Below are positions 53,031 through 64,000 of a stretch of 64,000 nt of DNA, piece by piece; position 1 is the stretch's first letter, and every line of letters begins with the position of its first letter. The DNA comes from Mobula hypostoma (Eukaryota). Under the pieces are notes generated by a model. The model did not search any database and was not told the origin of the DNA. It worked only from the letters and a program-made list of their open reading frames with translations. The position numbers and the translations under genes were made by a program. The stretch covers positions 113,028,001 to 113,092,000 of the forward strand of contig NC_086097.1 of assembly GCF_963921235.1 (NCBI RefSeq). The letters are read 5' to 3'.

Positions 53031-53408
53031 TCTTACAATCTTTTGTTTTAATTTCCATCTGCAACATACATCATCTCAAATTCTGAAATTTTTCAAAAGC
53101 ACTTGTTTCACAGGTTTGATATGATTAAGCCTTCAGAATTTGTCATGATATTCAATTGTTCGACTTCTGACTATACTATATACCTGTGTAAATAACTCAG
53201 TATGAAAAATCATCTATTAATTGGATAGCCTTTGAGAAGTACCAATGTGGATCTAGAAATGGTGGCTGTTAACTCGAGATCACCTGACCAGCATCTGTTG
53301 CAATGCTGCTCCGTACTGAAGATGTTGGAGTCCATTGTTAAGGACGTGGTTTCAGGGTACTTGGCGGCACATGGTAAAAAAGGCCAAGGTCAGCATGGTT
53401 TGCTTAAG

Positions 53409-54094
53409 TGTAAGGGGTTTTCGTCTCTTATGTTACTGCGTAGGCTAATTAAAATGGCATCTTTGTAATGTTATACTTGGGAATGCTTCTTTGTTATGTT
53501 AAACGCTGAGAAAGTCCTTCCCGCTAGCAGTTTGTTTTGTATTATGAGGACAAATGAACCAATTGCGATAGTTGTTATGCTTTTGGTATGTCTGAAGATA
53601 TTGTATGCGCGGGGTTTTGGGGCAGAAGGCGGGAGAAAGGAACAGAGGTGCTGTGAGTCTGCTAACGGGGTCGGACCCTGAGCGGGGCATTCAGCAAAGA
53701 GAGGAGATGGAGACGGACTCGTGTGGAGCGTCTGGTCGATCACCGTTGTTGGTCCCAGGCAACCGGTCAAGGTGGTCCAAGGGGTCGCAGGGTGAAGAAG
53801 AAGGGTCCTGAGCTCCAGTTGTGTTGTGCACGAAGAGATTGAACTTTGATAAGTGTGGCACCTTTTATTTTCCTTTTATATTTTATTCTCTATTAATTAT
53901 ATAGTTCCAGTAATATCTATAAACTGTAAATCATTTAATCGTATCTGGTGTTTCGTCTGTTATTTGAGTGGGGTGGGGTACATCACACAGCATCCACACA
54001 AACTAATTACCAAGTTTGGCGGGGCCGAGGCTGTTTCCCTAGACAACAGCGAGCCGAGCGACCCTGAGGCTGGCCGGGGGGGTGGGGGGCTACA
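53409..54094 (+). repeat. 5' LTR
   Basis: TGTAAGGGG...GGCTACA, direct repeat of 56925-57621. Confidence 0.92.
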
Positions 54095-54115
54095 TTGTGG
54101 GCTTTTGTCCGGAAT
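54095..54115 (+). other. Degenerate tRNA-Pro primer-binding site
   Basis: TGTGGGCTTTTGTCCGGAAT versus canonical TGGGGGCTCGTCCGGGAT, directly after the LTR. Confidence 0.6.
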
Positions 54116-55596
54116 TGGATCTACTGGTATGCTGTGTGGGTGCCCTGTTTAAATCTGTAATGTGTGTCTCTGTGGGTTATTTGCTGGTTATTGCTGTATG
54201 CGTGGTGGGTGCAGTCTTTGTTCGAGTTCAGGCTGGCATTGACGAGTTGGAGGTGGCACTCAGGACTGTCCATGCTGTTGGGAGAGTGAGGAAAGAGTGG
54301 TCTGATTTGGAGGTAGTGTGTGCGAATAAATGTTCTAGCTCTGGCAGGCTCTGCCTGGCATTTGGGATAGTGTCCACCCCAAGAGGGGCGGAGACTAGCG
54401 AGACGTGGGCGGAGCAGATCTCTCAGTTGTTAGATGAGTGGCAGTGCTTGGTTGAGGGAGAGCGACAGGGATTGGTTGAAAGATTGAGTAGGCGGGCTGG
54501 TGACGGTGTTAGAGCTGTCAGGTTCACTTACACCGTAGTGACAGCTGTCAGTTATTTGAAAGAGGGGGGAATGTTTTCAGTGTGTCTTCTCTGGCGAGGA
54601 GGGAGGTTAAATATCTTGCAGTGCCAGGGGGATCATTTCAGGGGATTAGCCCCTCTTTCAGTTGTTCAGCTGATCAGAGAGGTGTCGGGAAACTTAGTGG
54701 AGGCCCAGTGAGGGAACGACTTGGGGTCTCTGGGGAAGCACGTTCCCAGCAATGTACCAATGAACTTCCGAAAGGAAAAGACCCTATTCCTGAAGGCTTA
54801 GAGGGGCCACGCCCCAGGGTGTTGCTATGGATAGAGGGAAGCGATGCTAAAGCTATCCTCGACCCCAGGGCGCAGGTCAAGTTGTTGTACAGTTCGTTTT
54901 ACAACCGGTGTCTGAAGCATTTACCCTTGACAACCGCAAGGGCACCGGAGATTTTGGGTACCAGTGCCAGTAGTTATCCAGAAGACGATGATTGGTTAAT
55001 GACCCTGGAGTTCATGGGGGCATTGTCTGGGCACCCAGCATGTCGAGTTGTTTCTGAGGACGTGTGTAGCAACCTTGAGCCGGTACCGAATTTAAACGAG
55101 ACCCAGCGGTGGTACGGCTTGGGGAAAGTAGCTGAGGGTGAGACCCTCTTAGTAGATGCTCCGAACTACCACGAGGGAGGGGAGTTGACTGCTGAAGACA
55201 CCTCAGTGAGAGAGAGGTCGTGGCGACTGGACCCTGGCGCCGTGGAAGATGGAGGCAGCGTGTGTGTGGATTATGCGACGTGGTTTAATGTGCTAGATCT
55301 GAGGAGTGGATGTTGCCAGATCCCGAGGAGTGCAGCTGTTGAGCCGAAGATGGCCGTTATTAGTTCCCTAGGATTCTTCAGATCCGAAAAGATGCCCAAG
55401 GGCATATCCGGAGCCCCTGCATCCTTCCCACAGGGCATGAGGAAGACCATGGGGGAAATGAAGGTGTGTGGAGTTTTGGCGTTTGTGGATGACCGCTTAG
55501 AGCTTGGATTCGCCTGGGGGGGACGATGAAGCGAGGCGGGTGGCTCAGCCCGAGCGACAGAAGCAAAGTGTCAAATGTGGAGGAGTTTGGTGCAAT

Positions 55597-56410
55597 GTGA
55601 GAAAATTGACCCGACATACCAGTTGAACTTCCTGGTGTTGGAACAGATGGTAGTGGACCTGGGGATGGAAACCCAGGTCGTCAATCTGAATGAAACACGG
55701 GGAGAGAGGGGATTTGCACCGCTGAACTGAGTGCTCAGAAATGCTGGCCGGAGACTGAGTGCCGCACTTGTGGGACGACCATTGCAGACTTGGAATTCAC
55801 ACTCGTTGCTGTGGAGAAGGAGCAATGGAATTCTGAGCCGACACTGTGGTCAAGTACTGATGAATTAATCCAGCGAGAAGAAACAATGACCCACCTTCGA
55901 AGGGATCAGCAGAAACTCAAGATGTCGATCCAGAAAAGATTGGAAGACTTACAAGCTAGGGAAGATCAAGGAAGTGTTCTGACTAAGGCCAACAGAAAAC
56001 CGAGAGCCCAGGGAGGGGAGTTTGACTACACTCCCAAGGAGGTGAAGAAATGGAGGACAGATCTCGGAAAAGGGAGGTGGACACTTAAAAGGAACCTGAC
56101 GATGACTATCGACAGTTTAAATGAAGTGGAAAAACTGAAAGTTGACCTAGAAAACGTCATCAGGAAGAAACAACCGGAGGTTGAACATTCTTTAACTGCT
56201 GCTTTTCAGGTCAGGGTGGAAGAAGCTGGTGGGGAAACTACGTCCCAGACTGAGATGACCAAGAACCCTGAGTCAGAACTGCGGAGGCTGTGGCGAGAGT
56301 TGAAGGAGTCCCCGAAGAAGCTGACGTCTCGACTGCAGGAGGCTGAAGGGGTAGCCCCGGCTAAATGTTTCAGTTTGGAGAAACTTAAACAGCAGCTACC
56401 GATCGAAGGA
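55597..56410 (+). pseudogene. Captured intronless sarcomeric-type myosin heavy chain rod fragment (MYH16-like)
   Basis: AELSAQK..ETEC, LEFTLVAVEKE, QKRLEDLQAREDQGSVLTKAN, LTMTIDSLNEVEKLKVDLENVIRKK, RVEEAGGETTSQTEM, KKLTSRLQEAE, AKCFSLEKLKQQL occur in myosin rod order. Confidence 0.85.
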
Positions 56411-56924
56411 ATGAGGAAGGATACGGATTCGAAGGATGATTGTGCTGGACATGTGGTACCTGCTGCCTTTCGCTAACTTCCCCGTGATTGAGGAAGAGAC
56501 CTTTGGCCCTTCTCTCACTGAGTCAAGTGTAGTGGGGAGGGCTAGCTGTGGGCAGTCTGAGTTACGGCAGGATCAGGAAGAAAAAGAAGTGGGACCCCGG
56601 ACACGGGACAGGGGGCTCCAAGCTGTAATGGTGGCCTGAGTGAGGGAGGAGTTGGTAAGCAAGCCCGAGGTATCCCTAGTGGTGTCTGAGCCTTTTGGGT
56701 TTAGGTGAGGGAGTACGGAGGTCTCGGAGGGTTAAGAAGCTCCCAGATAGGTTGGCCTATGTAGCGCCCATGGGATGGGCGTAAGGTCCACTGTTTGGGG
56801 AGCACTGTCACTGTGTGTATCTGTGTATGTGTGTGGTGTGTGTCTGTAGGACTGGTTGGCGAGTTACTTAGAAGTCATGGGGACATGACTTTATTTGGTG
56901 GGGGGAGAGTGTAAGGGGAGAGAG

Positions 56925-57621
56925 TGTAAGGGGGTTTCGTCTCTTATGCTAATGCATAAGTTAATTAAAATGGCTTCTTTGTTATGTTATACTTGGGAAT
57001 GCCTCTTTGTTATGTTAAACGCTGAGAAAGTCCTTCCCGCTAGCAGTTTGTTTTGTATTATGAGGACAAATGAACCAATTGCGATAATTGTTATGCTTTT
57101 GGTGTGTCTGAAGATATTGTATGCGCGGGGTTTTGGGGCAGAAGGCGGGAGAGAGGGACAGAGGATAGACCAGGTGCTGTGAGTCTGCTAACGGGGTCGG
57201 ACCCCGAGCGGGGCGTTCGGCGAGGAGAGGAGACGGAGGCGGACTCGTGTGGAGCGTCTGGTCAACCACCGTTGTTGGTCCCAGACAGCCAGTCGAGGTG
57301 GTCCGAGGGGTCGCAGGGTGAAGAAGAAGGGTCCTGAGCTCCAACTGTGTTGTGCACGAAGAGATTGAACTTTGATAAGTGTGGCGCCTTTTATTTTCCT
57401 TTACATTTTATTCTCTATTAATTATATAGTTCCAGTAATATCTATAAACTGTAAATCTGTAAATCATTTAATCGTATCTGGTGTATTGTCTGTTATTTGG
57501 GCGGGGTGGGGTACATCACACAGCATCCACACAAACTAATTACCACGTTTGGCGGGGCCGAGGGCTGTTTCCCTAGACGACAGCAAGCCGAGCGACCCTG
57601 AGGCTGGCCGGGTGGGCTACA
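56925..57621 (+). repeat. 3' LTR
   Basis: Preceded by a polypurine tract; direct repeat of the 5' LTR. Confidence 0.92.
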
Positions 57622-59375
57622 TAAGCATAAATCCTTCCTGACAAATCTGTTGGAATTATTTGAAGAAATAACAAGCAGGATAGACAATGGAGAATCGGTA
57701 GGTGCTGCGTACATGGATTTTCAGAAGACCTTTGACAAGGTGCCACACATGAGACTGCTCAACAAATTAAAAGCCCATGGTATTACAGGAAAGATACCAC
57801 CACGCATAGAGCATTGGCTGATTGGCTGGAGGCAAAGAGTAGGAATAAAGGAACCTTTTACGATTGGCTGCCTGTGACTAATGGTGTTCTGTAGGAGTTG
57901 GTGTTGGGGCTGCTTTTTTTCACGTTGTATGTCGATGATTTAGATGATAGAATTAATGACTTTGTGGCCCAGTTTGTGGACAATATGAAGATAGGTGGAG
58001 GTGCAAGTAGTGTTTAGGAAGCAGAGAGGCTGTAGAAGGACTTGGACAGATTAGGAAAATGGGCGAAGAAGTGGCAAATGGAATACAGTGATGGGAAGTG
58101 TATAGTTATAAACTTTGATAGAAGGAATAAAAGCATAGACTACTTTCTAAACGTGGAGAAAATTCAAAAATCCGTGGTGCAAAGAGTCCTTGTGCATGAT
58201 TCCTTGAAGGTTATTTTCCAGGTTGAGGAAGGATGTGATGTTAGCATTCATTTCGAGAGGGCTGGATGTAATGCCGAGACTTTATAAGTCACTGGTGAGG
58301 CCTCTCTTGGAGTATTGTGAGTGGTTTTGGGCACCTTATCTAAGAAAGGATGTGATGAGATTGAAGAGATTCACAAGATTGATTGGCCTATCATATGAAG
58401 AGCGATTGAGGGCTCTGAACTTGTACGCGCTGGAAACCGATCGAATGTTGAAAGACCTAGATAGAGTGGATGTGGAGAGAATGTCTCCTATGGTAGGGGA
58501 GTCAGAAGACACAGCCTCAGAATAGAGAGATGTCGCTTTAGAGCAGCGATGAGGAGGAATTTCTTTAATCAGTGTGGTGAATCTGTGGAAGTCGTTGCCA
58601 CAGACGACTGTGAAGGCCAAGTTATTGTGTGTATTTAAGGCCAAGGTTAATAGGTTTTTGATTAGTCAGGACATGAAAGGTTACAGGGAGAAGGCAGGAG
58701 AATGGGGTTGAGAGGGAAATGGATCAGCCATGATAAAATGGCAGAGCAGACTCGAAGGGCCAAATGGCCTAATTCTCCTCGTATGTCTTATGGTCTTTTC
58801 TCTGAAATATTCTACTGTTTAGTATCTTGCTGACAACTAAGATGTAAACTGCTAATATTTAAATAATGCCAAGGAGTCAGATGTTTGTTTTGTGAAGGAA
58901 ATTAAGGGCATCAAAGGCAGAAAAATAAATGTAAAAAAAAATCACATTTTTGGAATCAGGTGGATAATTGTATGAATTAAATACAGCCATCTCAGCACAA
59001 TGAGACAGAATTTCGTCACTCTTGTAACATCATGTGACAAAGGAAAACCAAACAAACAAGAACAATTATCCTCTGGGCACATGGAGCACAGGTGAACTGC
59101 CAACAGTATTTCTAAATCTTTCATAAAGCAATTCCTGACTTAGATCATTGTCATTCAATTTCAAACAATGAAACAAAAGCTTACTCTTCCCCTTTTGCTG
59201 GCTGTACTTAATATAGAACACATTCATGCTTTTTTTGGGTCATCCTCTCTCTCTCAAATGACTTCAACTTTACCTGCTGTAACTACAAAAGCATGGCACG
59301 AACTCTCCAAGAGATTAACTTACAAGGACTATACAAAAGATATTCTCGTGAATGCATAATAGAGCCAAAAGAACA

Positions 59376-59915
59376 CACTCAGTGGTCACTTTATTAGGTA
59401 CATCCTGTACGTAATGAAGTGACCACCCAGTGTAGGTGTGTGGTCTTTTGCTGTTGTAGCCCATCTCTTTCAAGGTTTGACATGTTATGCATTCAGAAAT
59501 GCTCTTTTGCACATGACTGTTGCATTGTGTAGTTGTTTGAGTTACTGTCACCTTTCTGGCCATTCTCCTCTGATCTCTTTCATTTTTGCTCATAGAACTG
59601 CCATTCACTGGCTGTTTTTTGTTTTGCTCTCACCATTCTCCGTAAACTCTAGAGACTGTTGTGTGTGAAAATCCCAGGAGATCAGTAGTTTCTGAGATGC
59701 TCAAACCACCTCATCTGGCACCAGCAATCATTCCATGGTCAAAGTCATGTCAATCACATTTCTTCGCCATTCTGATGTATGGTCTAAACAACAACTAAAC
59801 TTCTTGATCGTGGCTGCGTGTTTTTATTCATTGAGTTATGCCACATGATACGCTCTTTAGATTTTTACAATAATGAGCTGGTGTACACGTGTACCTAAGA
59901 AAGTGCCAGTGAGTG
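59376..59915 (-). mobile_element. Tc1-derived non-autonomous DNA transposon
   Basis: TIR CACTCAGTGGTCACTTTATTAGGTAC / GTACCTAAGAAAGTGCCAGTGAGTG|TA; RKVTVTQ..KSISEC..QTLKEMGYNSKRP transposase remnant. Confidence 0.85.
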
Positions 59916-60474
59916 TATATTCCAAGATCAAAGAAATTAATAGATTTGCACCAATATTTAGAATGTGACTATGTGTAGCTATTTTTCTCCAAATACAGTG
60001 GACTTAATGAAATTGGCATATTAATCATTATTGTGATTTCCTTGTGCATGTGTTTTTTTCAATCTCTGAATGAAGCACTGGCTATGAAAAATGCAAAACT
60101 GTGCCACTATTTATAAGCAGAAAGCTTGTCAGCAAACATTTTTTTGTAATTTATTTTTTATTGAATTTCATCATCAAACAAAATGTATCCGGAAGCAGAT
60201 CAGATAGAGATTCTCTGCGGAGAGATTGTTCCATCTGAATAGCACGCACAAAATGCTGGAGGAACTCAGCAGGTCAGGCAGCATCAATGGAATCAGCGTT
60301 TCACACCGATTGCCTTTTCATCTTTCTTTTTCCTAATAATTAATGATGGTCTCTCTGGTAAAAACCACTGGTACATTACCAGCCCTTTTATTTTTCATTT
60401 CTACATGCTAAGTATTGGGTCCTTCTAATCAAAGCCTAGATTTCTCAGTTACCCATCTTGATAGTCATGTAGAG

Positions 60475-60750
60475 GTCATGGGTTAAGGGTGAAAGGTGGA
60501 AAGTTTAGGGGAACATGAGGGGAAACTTCTTCACTCAGAGAGTCGTAAGTGTGTGGAATGAGCCACCAACACAAGTGCTGCATGCAAGCTCGATTTCAAC
60601 ATTTAAAAGAAGTTTAGATAGGTACATGGATGGTAGGGATATGGACGGCTATGGTCCCAGTGCAGGTCATTGGAAGTAGGCAGTTTAAATAGTTCATCAT
60701 GGACTAGATGGGCTGAAGGGCCTGTTTCTGTTCTGTACTTTTCTATGACT
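60475..60750 (+). mobile_element. CR1 3' fragment
   Basis: MRGNFFTQRVVSVWNE, FKRSLDRYM, CR1 tail. Confidence 0.8.
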
Positions 60751-61952
60751 AGTTTCTTAAAATTACAACACAGTGGAATCTCTAGCTTACGAGTCAACTG
60801 TGAGTTTGTTTTTCTCTGTTCATTTTCTAAACCCTGCTACAGACTCCATTTCATGATAATGAAATCGAATAGACACGTATTACCATGTTTCACAACATTC
60901 TGAGTGCTCCCCAGAAGAAAGTCATTGGAAAAACCAATAACTTTGTATTTACCACACTTTTTGCAAATCGCAGCAGGCCGTTTTGGGATTCTCTATGTGT
61001 ATGGCGCAATGGTATATAGATGCACATATATAGTTCACGCCCTTCCTCAAGATCTGTTTGCACATATGTGAGCCACAGATGGCCCTGACCACTCATGCAG
61101 AAATAGACATGACACCTGCTTCAGTGAGACTTAAATAAAACTTGGCTAATCAGGTCCGAAATTTTAGAGTCTGCCACTTTGGATCACCTGCAGGAAGCTC
61201 TGATTTAAGTCCTTGATTTAACCCTTGCTGCTGGTCTCTTTCGGAACTAACATATTTCTGCTTTGCCCAAATGTGATCACAACTCTAATCTCACCATTTT
61301 GGACCAATCCTCATGAACACCAGCAGCCACAACCTCTCTCCAGTATAACCACCCAGTCAGTCATAACCATCCACCTCCGTGCAGTGCCTTGAAAGACAAA
61401 TCACAACCCAGGTTACCCTACTCATTAAGTTTTAATGGTGGACATCTCTCCTCTGCAACTTGTGTCCTCCACCTATTCTATTTTGTGCACTCATAACATG
61501 CTTCAGCCCAAAGTATAAAATGTTGGCCCTGGCCAGATTAAGACTAATCCCATCATGGCTGTGATGCATGACCTGAAATGGCCCTCACTTATTTTCCTTT
61601 GCTGACTTTCCCTAACTCACAGATGAGCAAGATCTTCACTTGTAAGTTCTCAAGCTTATTTTGAAATTCTTTCAAAGCCTAACCCTTCCCCATATAATCT
61701 TATCCAGCACACCAATCCTTGAATAATTTCTCTTCCTTTGACTTTGATGGTCAGTTCATCTCTGACTTCAATGGCTCTGCTACTGGAAGCTGTGCATTCA
61801 TCAGTCTACGACCCAGGTTTTCTGCTTCCCTGCTCTTTGTGTTTTTCTAATTCATTTTACAAAAAATACTTCACTGCCCAAGCCTTTAAACCAGGGGTTC
61901 CCAACCTTTATACGCCATGGACCCCAGGTTGGGAAACACCATTTTAGAATTA

Positions 61953-62476
61953 CACTCAATGGCCACTTTATTCGGTAAAGGAGTAGAACCCAGTGTGGTC
62001 CTTTGCTGCTGTAGCCCATCCACTTCAAGGTTTGACATGTTGTGCATTCAGAGATGCTCATCTGCACACCACTGTTGTAACACATGGTTATTTGAATTAC
62101 TGTCACCTTCCTGTCAGCTTGAACCAGACTGGCCATTCTCCTCTGATCTCTCTCATTAACAATGTGTCTCTGCCCACAGAATATTTTTTTGCTTATCACA
62201 CCATTCTCTGTAAACTGTGGAGACCAAAAATTTCAGGAGATCAGCAGTTCCTGAGCTACTCAAACCACCTCATCTGGTACCAATAATCATTTCACAATCA
62301 ACGTCATTGGGATCACATTTCTTCCCTATTCCGATGTTTGGTCTGAACAACAACTGAATCTCTTGACCATGTCTGCATGTTTTTATACATTGATTTGCTG
62401 TTGCACGATTGGCTGATTAGATATTTGCAATAATGAGCAGGTATAGTGGTGTACCTAATAAAGTGGCTTCTGAGAG
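61953..62476 (-). mobile_element. Tc1-derived non-autonomous DNA transposon (same family as 59376-59915)
   Basis: TA|CACTCAATGGCCACTTTATT...AATAAAGTGGCTTCTGAGAG|TA; ORF 61852-62199 transposase remnant. Confidence 0.85.
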
Positions 62477-63027
62477 TATTCCCTCATATTCCCCTTTATA
62501 GTCTGCATCAAATCTTATTTGGCAAAGAATCCATAAAGAACCTTTAGATATTTTGCAGAATATAAAGAAATGTTCTTTTTATCAATTTCAATTGCATCAT
62601 ATTTTGGAAAAAAAATATACAATGAGAATCAAAAATTATACATTTCCGTAGAATGTCTATGTTGCAATTGTGCAATGCATTATATTTGTTAATGAAATTA
62701 CTCAGTAGGATTGTCTGAACTGAAAGATGAAAAGAATGAAAAATCTCCTTACTCGCATTGTAGAAGCATAGCAACATCATTGTAAAGCAATAGATGGGTA
62801 TGTGAAAGCACTTCAAAGTTTCCATTAATGTCTCAATTGGTATAATGAACTGAACTACAAGGTCTCCTTTATTAACCAGTCTTAAAACTGATCTCAAAGT
62901 TCACTGCTGTTAACTTGGTGTCACATTTAAGTTATTGTAATACTCCACAGAAATGGGGCTTTTGCCATCCAAGGTTCCCATCTAAGCTCATCCTATTTGT
63001 CTGTATTTGGCTCATATCCCCCTAAAC

Positions 63028-63106
63028 CAAGGGTTCCCAACCTTTTTTATGCCATGGACCAATACCATTAAGTAAGGGGCCGGTGGACCCCAATTGGGAA
63101 CCTCTG
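63028..63106. mobile_element. 79-bp hAT-type MITE with 8-bp TSD (related copies at 61892-61940 and 63458-63490)
   Basis: CAAGGGTTCCCAA...TTGGGAACCTCTG flanked by CCCTAAAC and CCCTAAAT. Confidence 0.8.
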
Positions 63107-63134
63107 CCCTAAATCTTTCCTGTCTATGTACATA

Positions 63135-63430
63135 TTTTATTTTTATTTTATTGAGATTCAGCGTGGAAAAAGCCCTTCCAGGCCTTTTCAGTCGCACTGC
63201 CCAGCAATCCCCCAATTTAATCCTAGCCTAATCACTGGACAATTTACAATGATCAATTAGCTTACCAATCGGCATATCCGTGGACTGCGAGAGGAAACTG
63301 GAGCTAATGGAGGAAATCCATGCGGTCATGGGGAGAACATACAAACTCCTTGCAGGCGGTGATGGGAATTGAACCCAAGTCACCTGTACTGTAAAGCGCT
63401 GTGTTAACCACTGTGCTATCGTGCCACCTA
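63135..63430 (-). mobile_element. HE1-like V-SINE
   Basis: Reverse complement of GGTGGCACGATAGCACAGTGGTTAACACAGCG head and V core. Confidence 0.8.
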
Positions 63431-63649
63431 CTTACCTCACTGCCCAAGCTTTTAGATCAGGGGTTGCCAACCTTTTTTATGCCATGTCCAAGGATCTTTT
63501 AAATATTGTTAACGTACTTGCCTCAACTATTTCCTCTGGCAGCTCATGTTGACCATTCTCTAGGTGAAAAAATTGTCCTCAAGTTCCTAGTAAATCTCTT
63601 CCCTCTCATTTTATGATCTCTAGTTGTTGATTTCCCAACCCTCAGAATC

Positions 63650-63763
63650 TACTACTACTACTACTACTACGTCAACTCAGGCCTAGGGGGCCGGCGTCGG
63701 GCACAATGACGGACTCTCCACTTCTCCCTCTCCCTCATCAGTGTGTTCAGTTCATCTACATTA
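63650..63763 (-). mobile_element. Short LINE 3' end (RTE/RTEX-like) with (GTA)n tail and 10-bp TSD
   Basis: CCTC(A/G)GAATC at 63640-63649 and 63764-63773; minus DELNTLMREREKWRV then GTAGTAGTAG. Confidence 0.6.
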
Positions 63764-64000
63764 CCTCGGAATCAGACTGTGTGTATTTACCCTATCCACA
63801 TCCCTAATGATTTTATACACTTCTAAGATCAACCCTTATTCACCTGTGGTCCAATGAAAAAAGTCCCAAGTTGTTCAACCACCCTTCATAACTCTTGAGT
63901 TCCTGCAAACATCCTCATAAGTCTCCTCGGCACTCTTTCCTAGTACAGTGGCATCATTTCTATAGTACGGTGACCAATACTGAACACAATATTCCAAATG

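Larger units (their letters stand above)
53409..57621 (+). mobile_element. Non-autonomous Gypsy-type LTR retrotransposon: two LTRs, PNMA-like gag, protease, deleted RT, captured myosin fragment
   Basis: TG..CA LTRs 53409-54094 and 56925-57621, TSD TAAG (53405-53408, 57622-57625), Pro-like [72 protein letters not shown]. Confidence 0.92.
53312..58797 (+). mobile_element. Degraded CR1 LINE split by the LTR element (53312-53408 and 57626-58797)
   Basis: GQGQHGLLK | KSFLTNLLELFEEITSRID continues across the insertion. Confidence 0.85.

Noticed and set aside
54082..54711. Domesticated PNMA gene
   Set aside because: The PNMA-like gag sits inside an element with both LTRs and a TSD and is internally deleted.
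55790..56476. Coiled-coil ORF as a retroviral env or a real host myosin gene
   Set aside because: No signal peptide, furin site or transmembrane segment. It is intronless, deleted, frameshifted upstream and enclosed by LTRs, so it is cargo.
1..64000. RIMS2 exon 1 and the zinc-finger exon (KLHQQFEMYKEQ...)
   Set aside because: Not found by eye on the minus strand; presumably outside the window.

Overview
Repeat-dense, AT-rich vertebrate DNA. The repeat set (CR1, Rex1/Babar, HE1-like V-SINEs, Penelope) points to a cartilaginous fish, probably a ray (inference). The window lies in introns of RIMS2 on the minus strand: two small exons (33 nt at 18390-18422 and 87 nt at 17906-17992) encode the 40-aa alternative insert of the RIM2-alpha Rab-binding domain, and a candidate stop-containing 32-nt cassette lies downstream. 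Almost everything else is nested transposon debris. The most striking object is a two-LTR Gypsy-type element (53409-57621, TSD TAAG) whose RNase H/integrase region is replaced by an intronless, internally deleted myosin heavy-chain (MYH16-like) rod sequence, i.e. apparent host mRNA capture. Also notable are Penelope ends carrying minimal hammerhead ribozyme motifs (including a 1.3-kb palindrome), a mariner MITE present as flip/flop isomers, and an R4/Dong element inserted into an L2 (TAA)n tail inside a four-level nest. Family assignments come from reading motifs by eye, and boundaries of old repeats are approximate.
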